The notes under the pieces were generated by a model, which was given only the letters and a program-made list of their open reading frames with translations, was not told the DNA's origin and made no database searches. From contig DAHWHN010000034.1 in NCBI GenBank assembly GCA_027335685.1, positions 3,241-67,240 on the forward strand: 64,000 nt of DNA, written 5' to 3'. Both the position numbers and the translations under genes were made by a program. This stretch comes from Acidimicrobiaceae bacterium (GTDB lineage Bacteria; Actinomycetota; Acidimicrobiia; Acidimicrobiales; Bog-793). Each line of letters opens with the position of its first letter. Position 1 is the stretch's first letter. Shown here in pieces: positions 8,211 through 19,601 of this stretch.

Positions 8211-11200
8211 ATGGCTGGGCCCGGAGCGGGACGTCGGGCAAGGTCCTTTGCCCACCTGCACCAGCACACCGAGTACTCGATGCTCGACGGCGCGGCGAGG
8301 ATCAAGGACGCCGTCGCCCTCGCGGTCGAAGACGGCCAGCCGGCGATGGCGATCACCGACCACGGCAACATGTACGGCGTCCTCGACTTCTACAAGGAGT
8401 GCCGAGCCCAGGGGGTCACCCCGATCATCGGCACCGAGGCGTACATGGCCGGCAGCTCGCGCTTCGACCGGCCCGTGCGGCGCGGCCGCCTCGACGACAC
8501 CGGGGGCGAGGGCGAACGCGGCGAGAAGCTCTACTACCACCTGACGCTGCTGGCCGAGACGACGGCGGGCTACCGCAACCTCATGCAGCTCTCCTCGTCG
8601 GCCTACCTCGAGGGCTACTACTACAAGCCGCGCGTCGACTGGGAGCTGCTCGAGGCGCACCACGAGGGCCTCGTCGCGACGACGGGATGCCTCGGTGGCG
8701 TCGTCCTCCAGGCCCTGCTCGCGGAGCAGCCCGACGAGGCCAAGCGCCTCGCCGCGCGGCTCCAGGACATCTTCGGCCGGGACAACCTCTTCGTCGAGCT
8801 CCAGGACCACGGTCTTGCCGAGCAGCGCCGGACGAACCCGCAGCTGCTCGAGATCGCGCGCACGATCGGGGCGCCGATCGTCGCGACGAACGACAGCCAC
8901 TACTGCCGGCGCTCCGACGCCGTCGCGCACGACGCCCTGCTCTGCGTCCAGACGGGTGCGACGATCGACGACCCGAAGCGCTTCAAGTTCGGCGGCGAGG
9001 AGCACTACCTGAAGACGGCGGCGGAGATGCGCGAGCTCTTCGCCGAGCTGCCCGAGGCGTGCGACTCGACCCTGTGGATCGCCGAGCGCGCGAACGTCGA
9101 GATCGAGCTCGGCAAGCCGACGCTGCCGGAGTTCCCCGTCCCCGAGGAGTTCCGCCGGGCGACCTACGAGGAGTCGGCGCAGCAGTACCTGCGCCACCTC
9201 ACCTTGGTCGGTGCCCGCGAGCGCTACGGCGAGCAGCTCCCGCCCGAGGTCGCCGAGCGCATCGACTACGAGCTCGGGGTCATCAACGCGATGGGCTTCC
9301 CGGCGTACTTCCTCGTCGTGTGGGACCTCATCGCGCATGCCCGCCGCTCGGGCATCCGGGTCGGTCCCGGGCGAGGCTCGGCTGCCGGCTGCTGCGTCGC
9401 GTACTGCCTGCGCATCGTCGACCTCGACCCGATCCGCTACGACCTGTTGTTCGAGCGCTTCCTCAACCCCGGCCGCAAGCAGATGCCGGACATCGACATG
9501 GACTTCGACGAGCGCTACCGCGGCGAGATGATCCGGTACGCGTCCGAGCGCTACGGGTGGGACCGCGTCGCGCAGATCGTCACGTTCTCGACGATCAAGG
9601 CGCGGGCCGCTGTGCGCGACGCCGCGCGGGTCCTCGGCTACCCGTACGGCCTCGGCGACAAGGTCGCGAAGGCCATGCCGCCGCTCATCATGGGACGCGA
9701 CACGCCGCTCAGCGCGTGCCTCGAGAAGGTGGACGGCTTCGAGGACGGCTACGCGGCCGCGGCCAGCCTGCGCGAGATGTATGAGGCGGAGCCCGACGCC
9801 CGCAAGGTCATCGACGTGGCTCGGGGCCTCGAGAACCTGAGGCGCCAGGACGGCATCCACGCCGCGGCGGTCGTCATCACGCACGAGCCGCTCACGCAGT
9901 ACCTGCCGATCCAGCGCAAGCCCGAGCCCGGCGCCGACCCGGCGGACGCGCCGATCGTCACGCAGTACGAGATGCACGGCGTCGAGGAGCTCGGCCTTTT
10001 GAAGATGGACTTCCTCGGCCTGAGGAACCTGTCGGTGATCGAGAGGGCGCTCGACCTCGTCGAGGAGCGCACGGGGAGCCGACCCGACATCGACGCGGTC
10101 CCGCTCGACGACGAGCGGACGTTCGAGATGCTCCGCAGCGGCGACTCGATCGGGGTGTTCCAGCTCGAGGGCGGACCGATGCGGTCGCTGATGCGCTCGC
10201 TCGCCCCGACGACCTTCGACGACGTCGCTGCCCTCGTCGCCCTCTACCGGCCCGGTCCGATGGCGGCGAACATGCACCGGGACTACGCGGATCGCAAGAA
10301 CGGCCGGAAGCCGGTCACCTACCTGCACCCCGATCTCGAGCCGATCCTCGCCGACACCTACGGTCTCATGATCTACCAGGAGTCGGTCATGCGCGTCGCG
10401 CAGCGCTTTGCCGGCTACAGCCTCGAAGAAGCCGATAATCTGCGCAAGGCGTGTGGAAAGAAGAACCGCGTCCTCATTGCGGCGGAGCGCGAGAAGTTCG
10501 TGAAGGGCTGCGTCGAGCAGGGGTTCGGCGAGAAGATCGGCACGGCGCTGTTCGACATCATCGAGCCCTTCGCCGACTACGCGTTCAACAAGTCGCACTC
10601 CTACGGCTACGGGCTCGTCGCCTACCAGACGGCGTGGTTGAAGGCGAACCACCCGGTCGAGTACCTCGCCGCGCTGCTGTCGTCGGTGAAGGACGACAAG
10701 GACAAGACCGCCGTCTACCTGTCGGAGTGCCGCAGCCTCGGCATAGCCGTCCACGTCCCCGACGTGAACGTCTCGATGTCGAACTTCACCGCGCGACCGC
10801 CTGCGCCGGGCGAGAGCGGCATCGGCACGATCCCCTTCGGGCTCTCCGCGATCCGCAACGTCGGCGAGGGGCTCGTCGCGCAGATCGTCGCCGAGCGGGA
10901 GGCCAACGGCCCCTTCGAGGACTTCCACGACTTCTGCTGCCGGGTGGATCCCTCCGTGCTGAACAAGAGGACGGTCGAGTCGCTCGTCAAGGCGGGAGCC
11001 TTCGACTCCGTCGGGCACCCGCGCAAGGGCCTGTGCCTGGTCTTCGAGGAGATCATCGACCGCGTCCTCACGAGACGGCGCGAGGAGGAGCTCGGGATCT
11101 CCACCTTGTTCTCGCTGCTCGAGCCGAGCCCGGCAGCGGTCGGGGTGGGCGCCTACGAGGAGGCCCGCGTCCTCGTGCCCGAGGTCGAGTTCTCGAAGGC

Positions 11201-11846
11201 CGAGCGCCTGACCTACGAGAAGGAGATGCTCGGGCTGTACGTCAGCGACCACCCGCTCCTCGGCGTCGAGGCGGCGCTTCGCCGGCTCGCCGAGGTGAGC
11301 ATCCGCGAGCTGCTCGACCAGGCGACCCAGGGCGGCGACGTCGGCACGGGAGCGGGCGGCGACCAGCTGGGGATGCATCTCGTCGGCGGCGTCGTCACCG
11401 CGCTGTCGAAGCGCTACACCAAGCGCGGCGACCTCATGGCGACGTTCGTGCTCGAGGACCTGGAAGCCGCCGTCGAGGTCTTCGTGTTCCCGAAGGTCAT
11501 GGCCGAGTACGGGGGCCGGCTCGAGGAGGACGCGATCGTGCTCGTCCGCGGCCGGCTCGACCAGCGTGACGACCAGGCCAAGCTCGTCTGCTCCGAGGTG
11601 CGCCGGCCCGAGCTCGTGGCCGACGACACGGCGCTGCCGATCGAGGTGAGCGTGCCGCCGGGGGCGCTGACCGAGTCGACGGTCCAGCGGCTGCGCGAGC
11701 TCGTCGTCGAGCATCCCGGTCCCGTTCCGGTGCACCTGCGGCTCGGCGCGAAGGTCCTGCGCCTGCCGTCGGAGTTCAACGTCGACCCCCGGAGCGGCTT
11801 CGTCGGCGCGCTGAAGGAGCTGCTCGGAGCCCACGCGGTCGGCTAG
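8211..11846 (+). CDS. dnaE: DNA polymerase III subunit alpha
   Basis: FAHLHQHTEYSMLDGA (PHP domain), then LTLLAET..GYRNL, and polymerase core motifs through the C-terminal OB-fold region. ATG at 8211 sits 7 nt after GGAGG (8199-8203). Confidence 0.95.
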   Translation: MAGPGAGRRARSFAHLHQHTEYSMLDGAARIKDAVALAVEDGQPAMAITDHGNMYGVLDFYKECRAQGVTPIIGTEAYMAGSSRFDRPVRRGRLDDTGGEGERGEKLYYHLTLLAETTAGYRNLMQLSSSAYLEGYYYKPRVDWELLEAHHEGLVATTGCLGGVVLQALLAEQPDEAKRLAARLQDIFGRDNLFVELQDHGLAEQRRTNPQLLEIARTIGAPIVATNDSHYCRRSDAVAHDALLCVQTGATIDDPKRFKFGGEEHYLKTAAEMRELFAELPEACDSTLWIAERANVEIELGKPTLPEFPVPEEFRRATYEESAQQYLRHLTLVGARERYGEQLPPEVAERIDYELGVINAMGFPAYFLVVWDLIAHARRSGIRVGPGRGSAAGCCVAYCLRIVDLDPIRYDLLFERFLNPGRKQMPDIDMDFDERYRGEMIRYASERYGWDRVAQIVTFSTIKARAAVRDAARVLGYPYGLGDKVAKAMPPLIMGRDTPLSACLEKVDGFEDGYAAAASLREMYEAEPDARKVIDVARGLENLRRQDGIHAAAVVITHEPLTQYLPIQRKPEPGADPADAPIVTQYEMHGVEELGLLKMDFLGLRNLSVIERALDLVEERTGSRPDIDAVPLDDERTFEMLRSGDSIGVFQLEGGPMRSLMRSLAPTTFDDVAALVALYRPGPMAANMHRDYADRKNGRKPVTYLHPDLEPILADTYGLMIYQESVMRVAQRFAGYSLEEADNLRKACGKKNRVLIAAEREKFVKGCVEQGFGEKIGTALFDIIEPFADYAFNKSHSYGYGLVAYQTAWLKANHPVEYLAALLSSVKDDKDKTAVYLSECRSLGIAVHVPDVNVSMSNFTARPPAPGESGIGTIPFGLSAIRNVGEGLVAQIVAEREANGPFEDFHDFCCRVDPSVLNKRTVESLVKAGAFDSVGHPRKGLCLVFEEIIDRVLTRRREEELGISTLFSLLEPSPAAVGVGAYEEARVLVPEVEFSKAERLTYEKEMLGLYVSDHPLLGVEAALRRLAEVSIRELLDQATQGGDVGTGAGGDQLGMHLVGGVVTALSKRYTKRGDLMATFVLEDLEAAVEVFVFPKVMAEYGGRLEEDAIVLVRGRLDQRDDQAKLVCSEVRRPELVADDTALPIEVSVPPGALTESTVQRLRELVVEHPGPVPVHLRLGAKVLRLPSEFNVDPRSGFVGALKELLGAHAVG

Positions 11847-11882
11847 GCGCACACGGAGGGCCGCGCGCGGCGCGTCGCCGAC

Positions 11883-11902
11883 CGGGCCGGCGGCACGGCC
11901 CG
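11883..11902 (+). terminator. possible stem-loop downstream of dnaE
   Basis: ccgggccg / cggcccgg-type 7-bp GC stem with a 6-nt loop, 37 nt after the dnaE stop. It is followed by only TT, so it is a weak intrinsic-terminator candidate. Confidence 0.25.
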
Positions 11903-12100
11903 TTCTCGAGCCCGCTTGGCGGGGGCGGCGGCCCGTCCCGTAGACTGGTGCAGGTCCCGCTCCGTGAGGAGGGTCGAGCTGCCCGTTCGAGGTGTCGTGC
12001 AGCCGTCGGCACCTCTCGGCGGACAGCGAGGACCGGCCGCGCGTCCAGGCCGAGGACGCGAGCGGCGGGACAGGCGAGCACGCAAGGGGTCATTGCCAAC

Positions 12101-12781
12101 GTGATCGACGTCGGGACGAAGGATTGTACGGCGCTCAGCGATTCTGAGCTCGCCGAGATGGCGGACATGTGCGCAGGTGGACCGTCGGACTTCGAGGTCG
12201 GGCTGCTCTCGAAAGAGCGTGAGGAGTGGGTGCTCGTCACCCATGCGCGCGCGGACGGCGAGCTGACCGGCTTCGCCTTCAGCTCCCTCGAGAGGATCGG
12301 GGGGACGCCGAGCCTGCTGGTCGGCGTCGCCTCCTTCGCCCGCCGGGACGACGCTGCGGAGTCGCTCCGCTGCGTCATGGGCGACCTCTACCGCCGGGCT
12401 CTTCTCGCCTTCCCCGACGAGGACGTGCTCGTCGGCACGCGTCTCGCGCACCCCTCGGCGTTCCTCGCCTATGCCGGGCTGTCCGACATCGTGCCGAGGC
12501 CCGGTCACAAGGCCAGCGGCGAGGAGCGCGCCTGGGGACGTCGCCTCGCGAAGCGCTTCAGGTCCGACGGCCAGCTCGACGACCGCGCGTTCGTCGTGCG
12601 AGGCGACGGCGGACCGTGCGGGCTGTTCGACTTCGCCGCGCCGGCCGGCGACCCCGGCGACGTGGTGGAGCTGTTCTCCCAGCTCGACCCGGAGCGGCGT
12701 GACGCCCTCGTGGCGTTCGGCTGGGCGATGGCGGAGGACCTGGCAGCTGCCGCGCTACCGCGCCTGAGCGCCGCCGGCTAG
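12101..12781 (+). CDS. hypothetical protein
   Basis: Tail of ORF 11948..12781 with high third-position GC. GTG at 12101 follows AAGGGG (12084-12089). No confident domain assignment. Confidence 0.5.
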   Translation: MIDVGTKDCTALSDSELAEMADMCAGGPSDFEVGLLSKEREEWVLVTHARADGELTGFAFSSLERIGGTPSLLVGVASFARRDDAAESLRCVMGDLYRRALLAFPDEDVLVGTRLAHPSAFLAYAGLSDIVPRPGHKASGEERAWGRRLAKRFRSDGQLDDRAFVVRGDGGPCGLFDFAAPAGDPGDVVELFSQLDPERRDALVAFGWAMAEDLAAAALPRLSAAG

Positions 12782-12800
12782 CAGTCGCGGCGGGGCGCGC

Positions 12801-13564
12801 TCAGCGAGCGAGCACGGCGAGCACGGCCTTTGGTACGTGACCGTCGCGCACGGCGGTGAGCCCGACCAGCAGGAACGCCGGTCGGCCGCCGATGGCCGCG
12901 GCCACGTGCGCGTCGTCGAGCGGGCGCGGCGACCGGTCGCGCACGGCGCTGCGCAGGCGGCTGTCGAGCAGCGGCAGTGCCTGTGTCGTCCCCGACCAGG
13001 TGAACGAGCACGCTGGGGCGCCGTCTGGACGGAGGTAGCACTCGATGTGGCGCGGCGCGCTCGCGAGCAGGACGACCGACGGGCTGCGCGCGTCGAGGTC
13101 GACATAGGCGATCGAGGGTCCCCGCGTCCCGAGCACGGCGGCACCCGGCTGCTCGGGGGCGGCGAGGTGACGCAGCAGGCGGCGCGCGGCACGCCGGCCG
13201 ACCCGGCCGGCCGGCTCGATGTCGGCCGCGAGCGCGACGGCCTCCGGACGCGCGGGGTCCGGGGGGTCGAGGTCCTCCCCGACCGACACGACGGCGACGT
13301 CGAGCGGCGCCCAGGGTGCCCGGCCCGCTGCGCCCTCGTCGAGACCGGTGTCGGCGGCGGGGCCGAGCATCTCGCCGGCGCCGCGTCGGGAAAAGGCGCC
13401 GTGCCGGGTCCGCACGAACGCGCCCGTCGCGAGGTCGACTCCGACCCACTCCTCGGGGCTCGCCGACAGAACGGCGCAGCTGAGCCGCGCGCCGGGGGAG
13501 CGGTCCGCGCTCGCTCCCGGCTCGACGCGCCGTACGGGGCGCACCCGTGCGCGCCGCGCCACGG

Positions 13565-13568
<4 letters not shown>
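12801..13568 (-). CDS. hypothetical protein, co-oriented with and overlapping the upstream thioredoxin-domain gene
   Basis: 255-aa ORF whose start overlaps the stop of the 13565..15688 gene by 4 nt. Good third-position GC. No recognised motif. Confidence 0.55.
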
Positions 13569-15688
<2,120 letters not shown>

Positions 15689-16098
15689 GCCCTCAACCTA
15701 GCGGCCGGTCCCCAGGGCGCTCGTCGTGCTCCCCGCCACCTCGACGCACCACGCGACAACGCGCGAACGGACTATCGAGCGTCCGGGCGACGGCGCCGTA
15801 GGGAGGGCATGACTGCAGACGACGTACGTGGCGGAAGGCTCGGGGACGGCGGCGCGGCGGACGGGCTCGACGTCGCGGTCGACGCGCTCGTGCTCGCCAT
15901 CTTCGGTCTCGAGCACCATCTTTCGACCTGCTGTTGCCTGGCACGGCGGTGCGGGACGCAGGTCGAGGAGCGCGCCGCGCTGTCGGGTCTCGACGGTGCG
16001 CTCGCTCTGGCCGAGCACCTGTGCAGCGCCGCCCGCGCGAGCCTCGCTCGGGGCGGCAGGCTCGCGGACCACGTCTGATCCGCGAGCCCTGGCCCGCA

Positions 16099-16117
16099 CC
16101 GGTCACGGCCGTGCCGG
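16099..16117 (-). terminator. possible stem-loop downstream of the YeiH-family gene
   Basis: ccggtcac-ggcc-gtgccgg forms an imperfect hairpin (one bulged T) about 45 nt past the stop at 16160. No U-tract follows. Confidence 0.2.
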
Positions 16118-16122
16118 AGCTC

Positions 16123-16160
16123 GAGGCGTCGAGGCGTCGAGGCGTCGAGGCGTCGAGGCC
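16123..16160. repeat. 8-bp microsatellite (gaggcgtc x4 plus a partial copy)
   Basis: Four perfect copies read directly at 16123-16154, then gaggcc. It abuts the stop codon (16160-16162) of the YeiH-family gene. Confidence 0.95.
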
Positions 16161-17269
16161 TAGTGTGCTCCGGTGACAGCCTGGAGCCCGAGGCTCGTCA
16201 GCCCCACGGTTGCCCACAAGATGGCGCCGAGAGCGATCGGCCGCAGTCCTGCCCGCCGGATGTGCGAGAAGTCGGTCGAGAGGCCGATCGCCGCGAGAGC
16301 CGCGGTGATCATCCACGTCGCGAGGTCCGACAGCCCGTGGTGCCAGCCTCCGGGCACGAGCCCGACGGTGTTCCAGACCACCGCCGCGAGGAAGGCCACG
16401 ATGAACAGCGGCAGGATGCGCCGGAGCTCCACGCGCCGCGTGACGGCTCCGTCCGGCGACGGTGCCCTCCGGCGGGCGTGCAGGGCAGCGAGGCCGAGGC
16501 TGATCGGGATGATCGCGAGCGTCCGCGTGAGCTTGACGACGACGCCGACGGAGGCGGCCGTGTGGCCGTAGATCGTGGCTGCGGCGACGACCGAGGAGAG
16601 GTCGTTGATCGCCGTGCCCGCCCAGAGCCCGAAGGTGTGCTGCGAGAAGCCGAACGCGTGCCCGAGGCTCGGGTAGAGCAGGACGGCGACGACGTTGAAG
16701 GTGAAGATCGTCGCGATCGCGTAGCTCACGTCTGCCTCGTCGGCGTCGATCACCGCGTCGGTCGCGGCGATGGCCGACGCGCCGCAGATGGCCGTGCCGA
16801 CTCCGATGAGGGTGTTGAGGTCCGGACGCAGGCGCAGAGCCCGGCCGGCGACGAAGGCGACGCCGAGGGCGGCGACGAGGGTGCCGAGCAGCACGGGCAA
16901 CGAGCGCCCGCCGGTCGTGAGCACCTGGCCGAGCGAGAGGCCGAACCCGAGGGCGACGATCGACCCCTGGAGGACCTTTTTCGAGGTGAAGGCGATCCCG
17001 GGCCGCAGGCGGGACGACGGACGCCGGATCGCGGAGATCGCGATGCCGCAGACGATCGCCACGACAGGCGCCCCGACGACGGGTGCGACGCCGCCGATCG
17101 CCGTCGCGACCGCCGCGATGGCCGATGCCGCGACGACGCCGGGAACGAGCGTGCGCACGCCGGCGAGCGCCGCGGACCCGAGGGAGGCAGCTGTGGCCAT
17201 CGGGTCGGCCGTCGGCGCGGCCGTCGGCGCAACCACCTCGTCGATCTCGATTGCGACGTCGTCGCCCAC
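16160..17269 (-). CDS. YeiH-family (UPF0324) putative sulfate exporter, polytopic membrane protein
   Basis: Hydrophobic throughout, with family-like blocks TAICGASAIAA, GLWAGTAINDLSSVVAA and KLTRTL. GTG at 17269 sits 6 nt after GAGGAGG. The ORF-track TTG at 17275 directly abuts the SD. Confidence 0.85.
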   Translation of the reverse strand: MGDDVAIEIDEVVAPTAAPTADPMATAASLGSAALAGVRTLVPGVVAASAIAAVATAIGGVAPVVGAPVVAIVCGIAISAIRRPSSRLRPGIAFTSKKVLQGSIVALGFGLSLGQVLTTGGRSLPVLLGTLVAALGVAFVAGRALRLRPDLNTLIGVGTAICGASAIAATDAVIDADEADVSYAIATIFTFNVVAVLLYPSLGHAFGFSQHTFGLWAGTAINDLSSVVAAATIYGHTAASVGVVVKLTRTLAIIPISLGLAALHARRRAPSPDGAVTRRVELRRILPLFIVAFLAAVVWNTVGLVPGGWHHGLSDLATWMITAALAAIGLSTDFSHIRRAGLRPIALGAILWATVGLTSLGLQAVTGAH

Positions 17270-17341
17270 TGTCAACCTCCTCGTTCGCGAGGTTCCCAGT
17301 GTCCGTTGACGAGAGACGGTCCGGAAGTGGGCAAATGGTGA

Positions 17342-17355
17342 TGCTTACATAAGCA
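17342..17355 (-). promoter_or_regulatory. perfect palindrome TGCTTA-CA-TAAGCA within an AT-rich island upstream of the YeiH-family gene (candidate operator/promoter)
   Basis: Read directly. It lies inside roughly 30 bp of unusually AT-rich sequence (aaatggtgatgcttacataagcagatattatga) in the menE-yeiH intergenic region. A TAATAT-like hexamer is adjacent on the minus strand. Confidence 0.3.
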
Positions 17356-17366
17356 GATATTATGAC

Positions 17367-17383
17367 CGGGCACGCCCTGCCCG
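17367..17383 (-). terminator. possible menE terminator hairpin
   Basis: cgggca-cgccc-tgcccg forms a 6-bp perfect stem 5 nt past the menE stop. On the minus strand it is followed by AU-rich GUCAUAAUAUCU. Confidence 0.35.
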
Positions 17384-17387
17384 AGGG

Positions 17388-18584
17388 TCAGCGCACGACG
17401 CGCGCGAGCGCCGGCACGGACGCGAGCTCGCGCCGCCGTAGCTTGCCGATGGCGGTGCGCGGCAGCGCGGCGACCACGACGAGCTCGCGCGGCGCCGCCC
17501 ACGGCCCGATCGCGTCCTCGGCGAGGTCCCGCAGCTCGTCGAGGTGCGGGGCCCCGCCGTCGCCGGCCGGCACGACGTAGGCTGTCACGCGCTCTCCCCA
17601 GTCGGGGTCGGGGCGTCCCGCGACGCCGACCTCGGCGACCTTGTCGTGGCGGCCTAGGACCGCCTCGACCTGCTCCGGCCAGACGTTCTCGCCGCCGGAC
17701 ACGATGAGGTCGTCGAGCCGGCCGTGCACCGCGAGGCGCCCATCCGGCGTGACGGATCCGGCATCTCCGGTCGGGAGCCAGCCGTCGCGTCGCGGGTCGG
17801 TGCCGTCCCGGTACGCGCGCAGCAGCATCGGTCCGCGCAGCAAGATCTCGCCGGTGTCGTCGACCCTGACCTCGACGCCGTCGAGCGGGATGCCGTCGTA
17901 GACGACGCCGCTGCCGGTCTCGGTCATCCCGTAGGTCGTGACGACGTGCGGCGCGAGGTTCTCCGGTGGCGCGGAGCCGCCGAGGACGACGGTGCGGTAG
18001 ACACGGGCACCGTCGGCACCGAGGCGCGCGAGCGTCGTCGGGACGAGGGAGACGAGCGTCGCGCCGCGCTCGGTGGCGGCGGCGAGGACGTGCGCGCGGT
18101 CGAAGGTCGGGAGCACCTCGACGGCGGTGCCGGTGACGAGGGAGCGGAGCAGGATCGAGAGCCCGCCGACGTGCGCGAGCGGCAGGCAGCAGCACCAGCG
18201 GTCGGCGGCCGGGTCGACGTCGAGACGCGCGCTCGTCGCGCGGGCGGACGCGGCGACGGCGTCGCGCGTCAGCACGACGCCTTTCGGCTCGCCGGTCGTG
18301 CCCGACGTCGCGACGACGACGGCGTCGCCCGGCTCGACCGGCCAACCCGTCCCGACGGCGTGCTCGGCGACGTCGCCACCAGCCCTGCCACCGCCACCGC
18401 CCCCACGTCCACTGCCATCGCTGACGACGACGGACGCGCCGAGGGCGGCGACGAGCCGGGCGCGAGCGGCCCTCGGTAGGCGCTGGTCGAGCGGGAGGAC
18501 CGCGTCGCCGCGGTCGAGGGTCCGGCGCAGCTGGTCGAGGAAGCCGGGACCCCCGGGCATGTCGAGGGCGACGAGTCGCGACAC
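17388..18584 (-). CDS. menE: o-succinylbenzoate--CoA ligase
   Basis: C-terminal 398 aa of the 818-aa ORF. Contains the AMP-binding motif TSGTTGEPKGVVL, then TYGMTETGS, GWLPTGDAG and PRTAIGKLRRREL. GTG at 18584 (VSRLVALDMPGG). Lies in a menaquinone gene context. Confidence 0.85.
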   Translation of the reverse strand: MSRLVALDMPGGPGFLDQLRRTLDRGDAVLPLDQRLPRAARARLVAALGASVVVSDGSGRGGGGGGRAGGDVAEHAVGTGWPVEPGDAVVVATSGTTGEPKGVVLTRDAVAASARATSARLDVDPAADRWCCCLPLAHVGGLSILLRSLVTGTAVEVLPTFDRAHVLAAATERGATLVSLVPTTLARLGADGARVYRTVVLGGSAPPENLAPHVVTTYGMTETGSGVVYDGIPLDGVEVRVDDTGEILLRGPMLLRAYRDGTDPRRDGWLPTGDAGSVTPDGRLAVHGRLDDLIVSGGENVWPEQVEAVLGRHDKVAEVGVAGRPDPDWGERVTAYVVPAGDGGAPHLDELRDLAEDAIGPWAAPRELVVVAALPRTAIGKLRRRELASVPALARVVR

Positions 18585-18749
18585 GGCGGGTAGCCTAACG
18601 ACGGCCGTCCCGATGCTCGGGCGGGTCCGCTCGGCCGGCCGGACGCGCCTCGCCGGGATGGCGGTGTGTGGCCTGCGCCGAGCGCGACCGGTGACGGTCG
18701 CCGGTGCCCGTGCCGCCGTGGCGACGGAGTGAAACGGAGTGGCTGTGCG

Positions 18750-19601
18750 ATGACCGACCCCAACCCCGCGATACCGGCCTGGCGCGCGAGCGGCGACTAC
18801 CGGGACATCTCCTACGAGACCGCCGACGGGATCGCGAAGATCACGATCTGCCGACCCGAGGTGCGCAACGCGTTCCGCCCCCAGACCCTCGCCGAGCTCG
18901 CCGCGGCCTTCACCGCGGCGCGCGACGACCCGGAGGTCGGCGTCGTCGTGCTCACCGGTCAGGGCGATCTCGCGTTCTGCTCCGGTGGTGACCAGCGCAT
19001 CCGCGGCGACGACGGCTACCTCGGCGACGACGACGTCGCCCGGCGGGGCATCGGCCGGCTCAACGTCTTGGACCTGCAGGTCCAGATCCGTCGCCTGCCG
19101 AAGCCCGTCGTCGCGATGGTCGCCGGCTACGCGATCGGCGGCGGTCACGTGCTCCATCTGGTCTGCGACCTCACGATCGCCGCGGACAACGCGCGCTTTG
19201 GCCAGACCGGCCCCCGGGTCGGCAGCTTCGACGCCGGCTACGGCGCGGGCCTGCTCGCGCGGACGATCGGGGCGAAGCGGGCGAAGGAGATCTGGTTCCT
19301 CTGCCGCCAGTACGACGCCCAGCGCGCCTACGAGATGGGCCTCGTCAACGCCGTCGTGCCGCTCGACCGGCTCGAGGCGGAGACGGTGGCGTGGTGCCGG
19401 GAGATGCTTGCGCTCTCCCCGCTCGCCCTGCGGATGCTGAAGGCGGGCTTCAACGCCGCGGACGAGGGCCTCGCCGGGATCCAGCAGCTCGCGGGGGACG
19501 CGACGATGTTGTTCTACATGAGCGAGGAGGCCCAGGAAGGGCGCGACGCGTTCGTCGAGCGACGCGCGCCGGACTTCTCGCGCTTTCCCCGGCGACCGTG
19601 A
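18750..19601 (+). CDS. menB: 1,4-dihydroxy-2-naphthoyl-CoA synthase
   Basis: [25 protein letters not shown]...FCSGGDQ...[38 protein letters not shown] is a crotonase-fold MenB signature. ATG at 18750 follows ACGGAG. Confidence 0.95.
   Translation: MTDPNPAIPAWRASGDYRDISYETADGIAKITICRPEVRNAFRPQTLAELAAAFTAARDDPEVGVVVLTGQGDLAFCSGGDQRIRGDDGYLGDDDVARRGIGRLNVLDLQVQIRRLPKPVVAMVAGYAIGGGHVLHLVCDLTIAADNARFGQTGPRVGSFDAGYGAGLLARTIGAKRAKEIWFLCRQYDAQRAYEMGLVNAVVPLDRLEAETVAWCREMLALSPLALRMLKAGFNAADEGLAGIQQLAGDATMLFYMSEEAQEGRDAFVERRAPDFSRFPRRP

Noticed and set aside
7071-11852. A 1593-aa ORF antisense to dnaE. Similar giant antisense ORFs lie opposite carB (48834..52436, 1200 aa) and opposite coaBC/metK (60699..63806, 1035 aa).
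   Set aside because: Their translations are Arg/Asp/Glu/Val-rich with no motifs, and each exactly shadows a strongly supported gene. Long stop-free antisense frames are an expected artefact of very high GC content.
15698-16099. A 133-aa minus-strand ORF and the antisense 89-aa plus-strand ORF (15809..16078) as genes.
   Set aside because: Both have only intermediate codon-position bias, no SD and no motif. I kept the region as an unexplained gap in the findings rather than annotating either.
16123-16160. The tandem repeats at 16123, 6265, 24061, 31006 and 35455 considered as CRISPR arrays or mobile-element ends.
   Set aside because: The units are 8-15 bp and directly adjacent with no spacers. 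There are no cas genes, transposases, integrases or flanking inverted repeats in the window.
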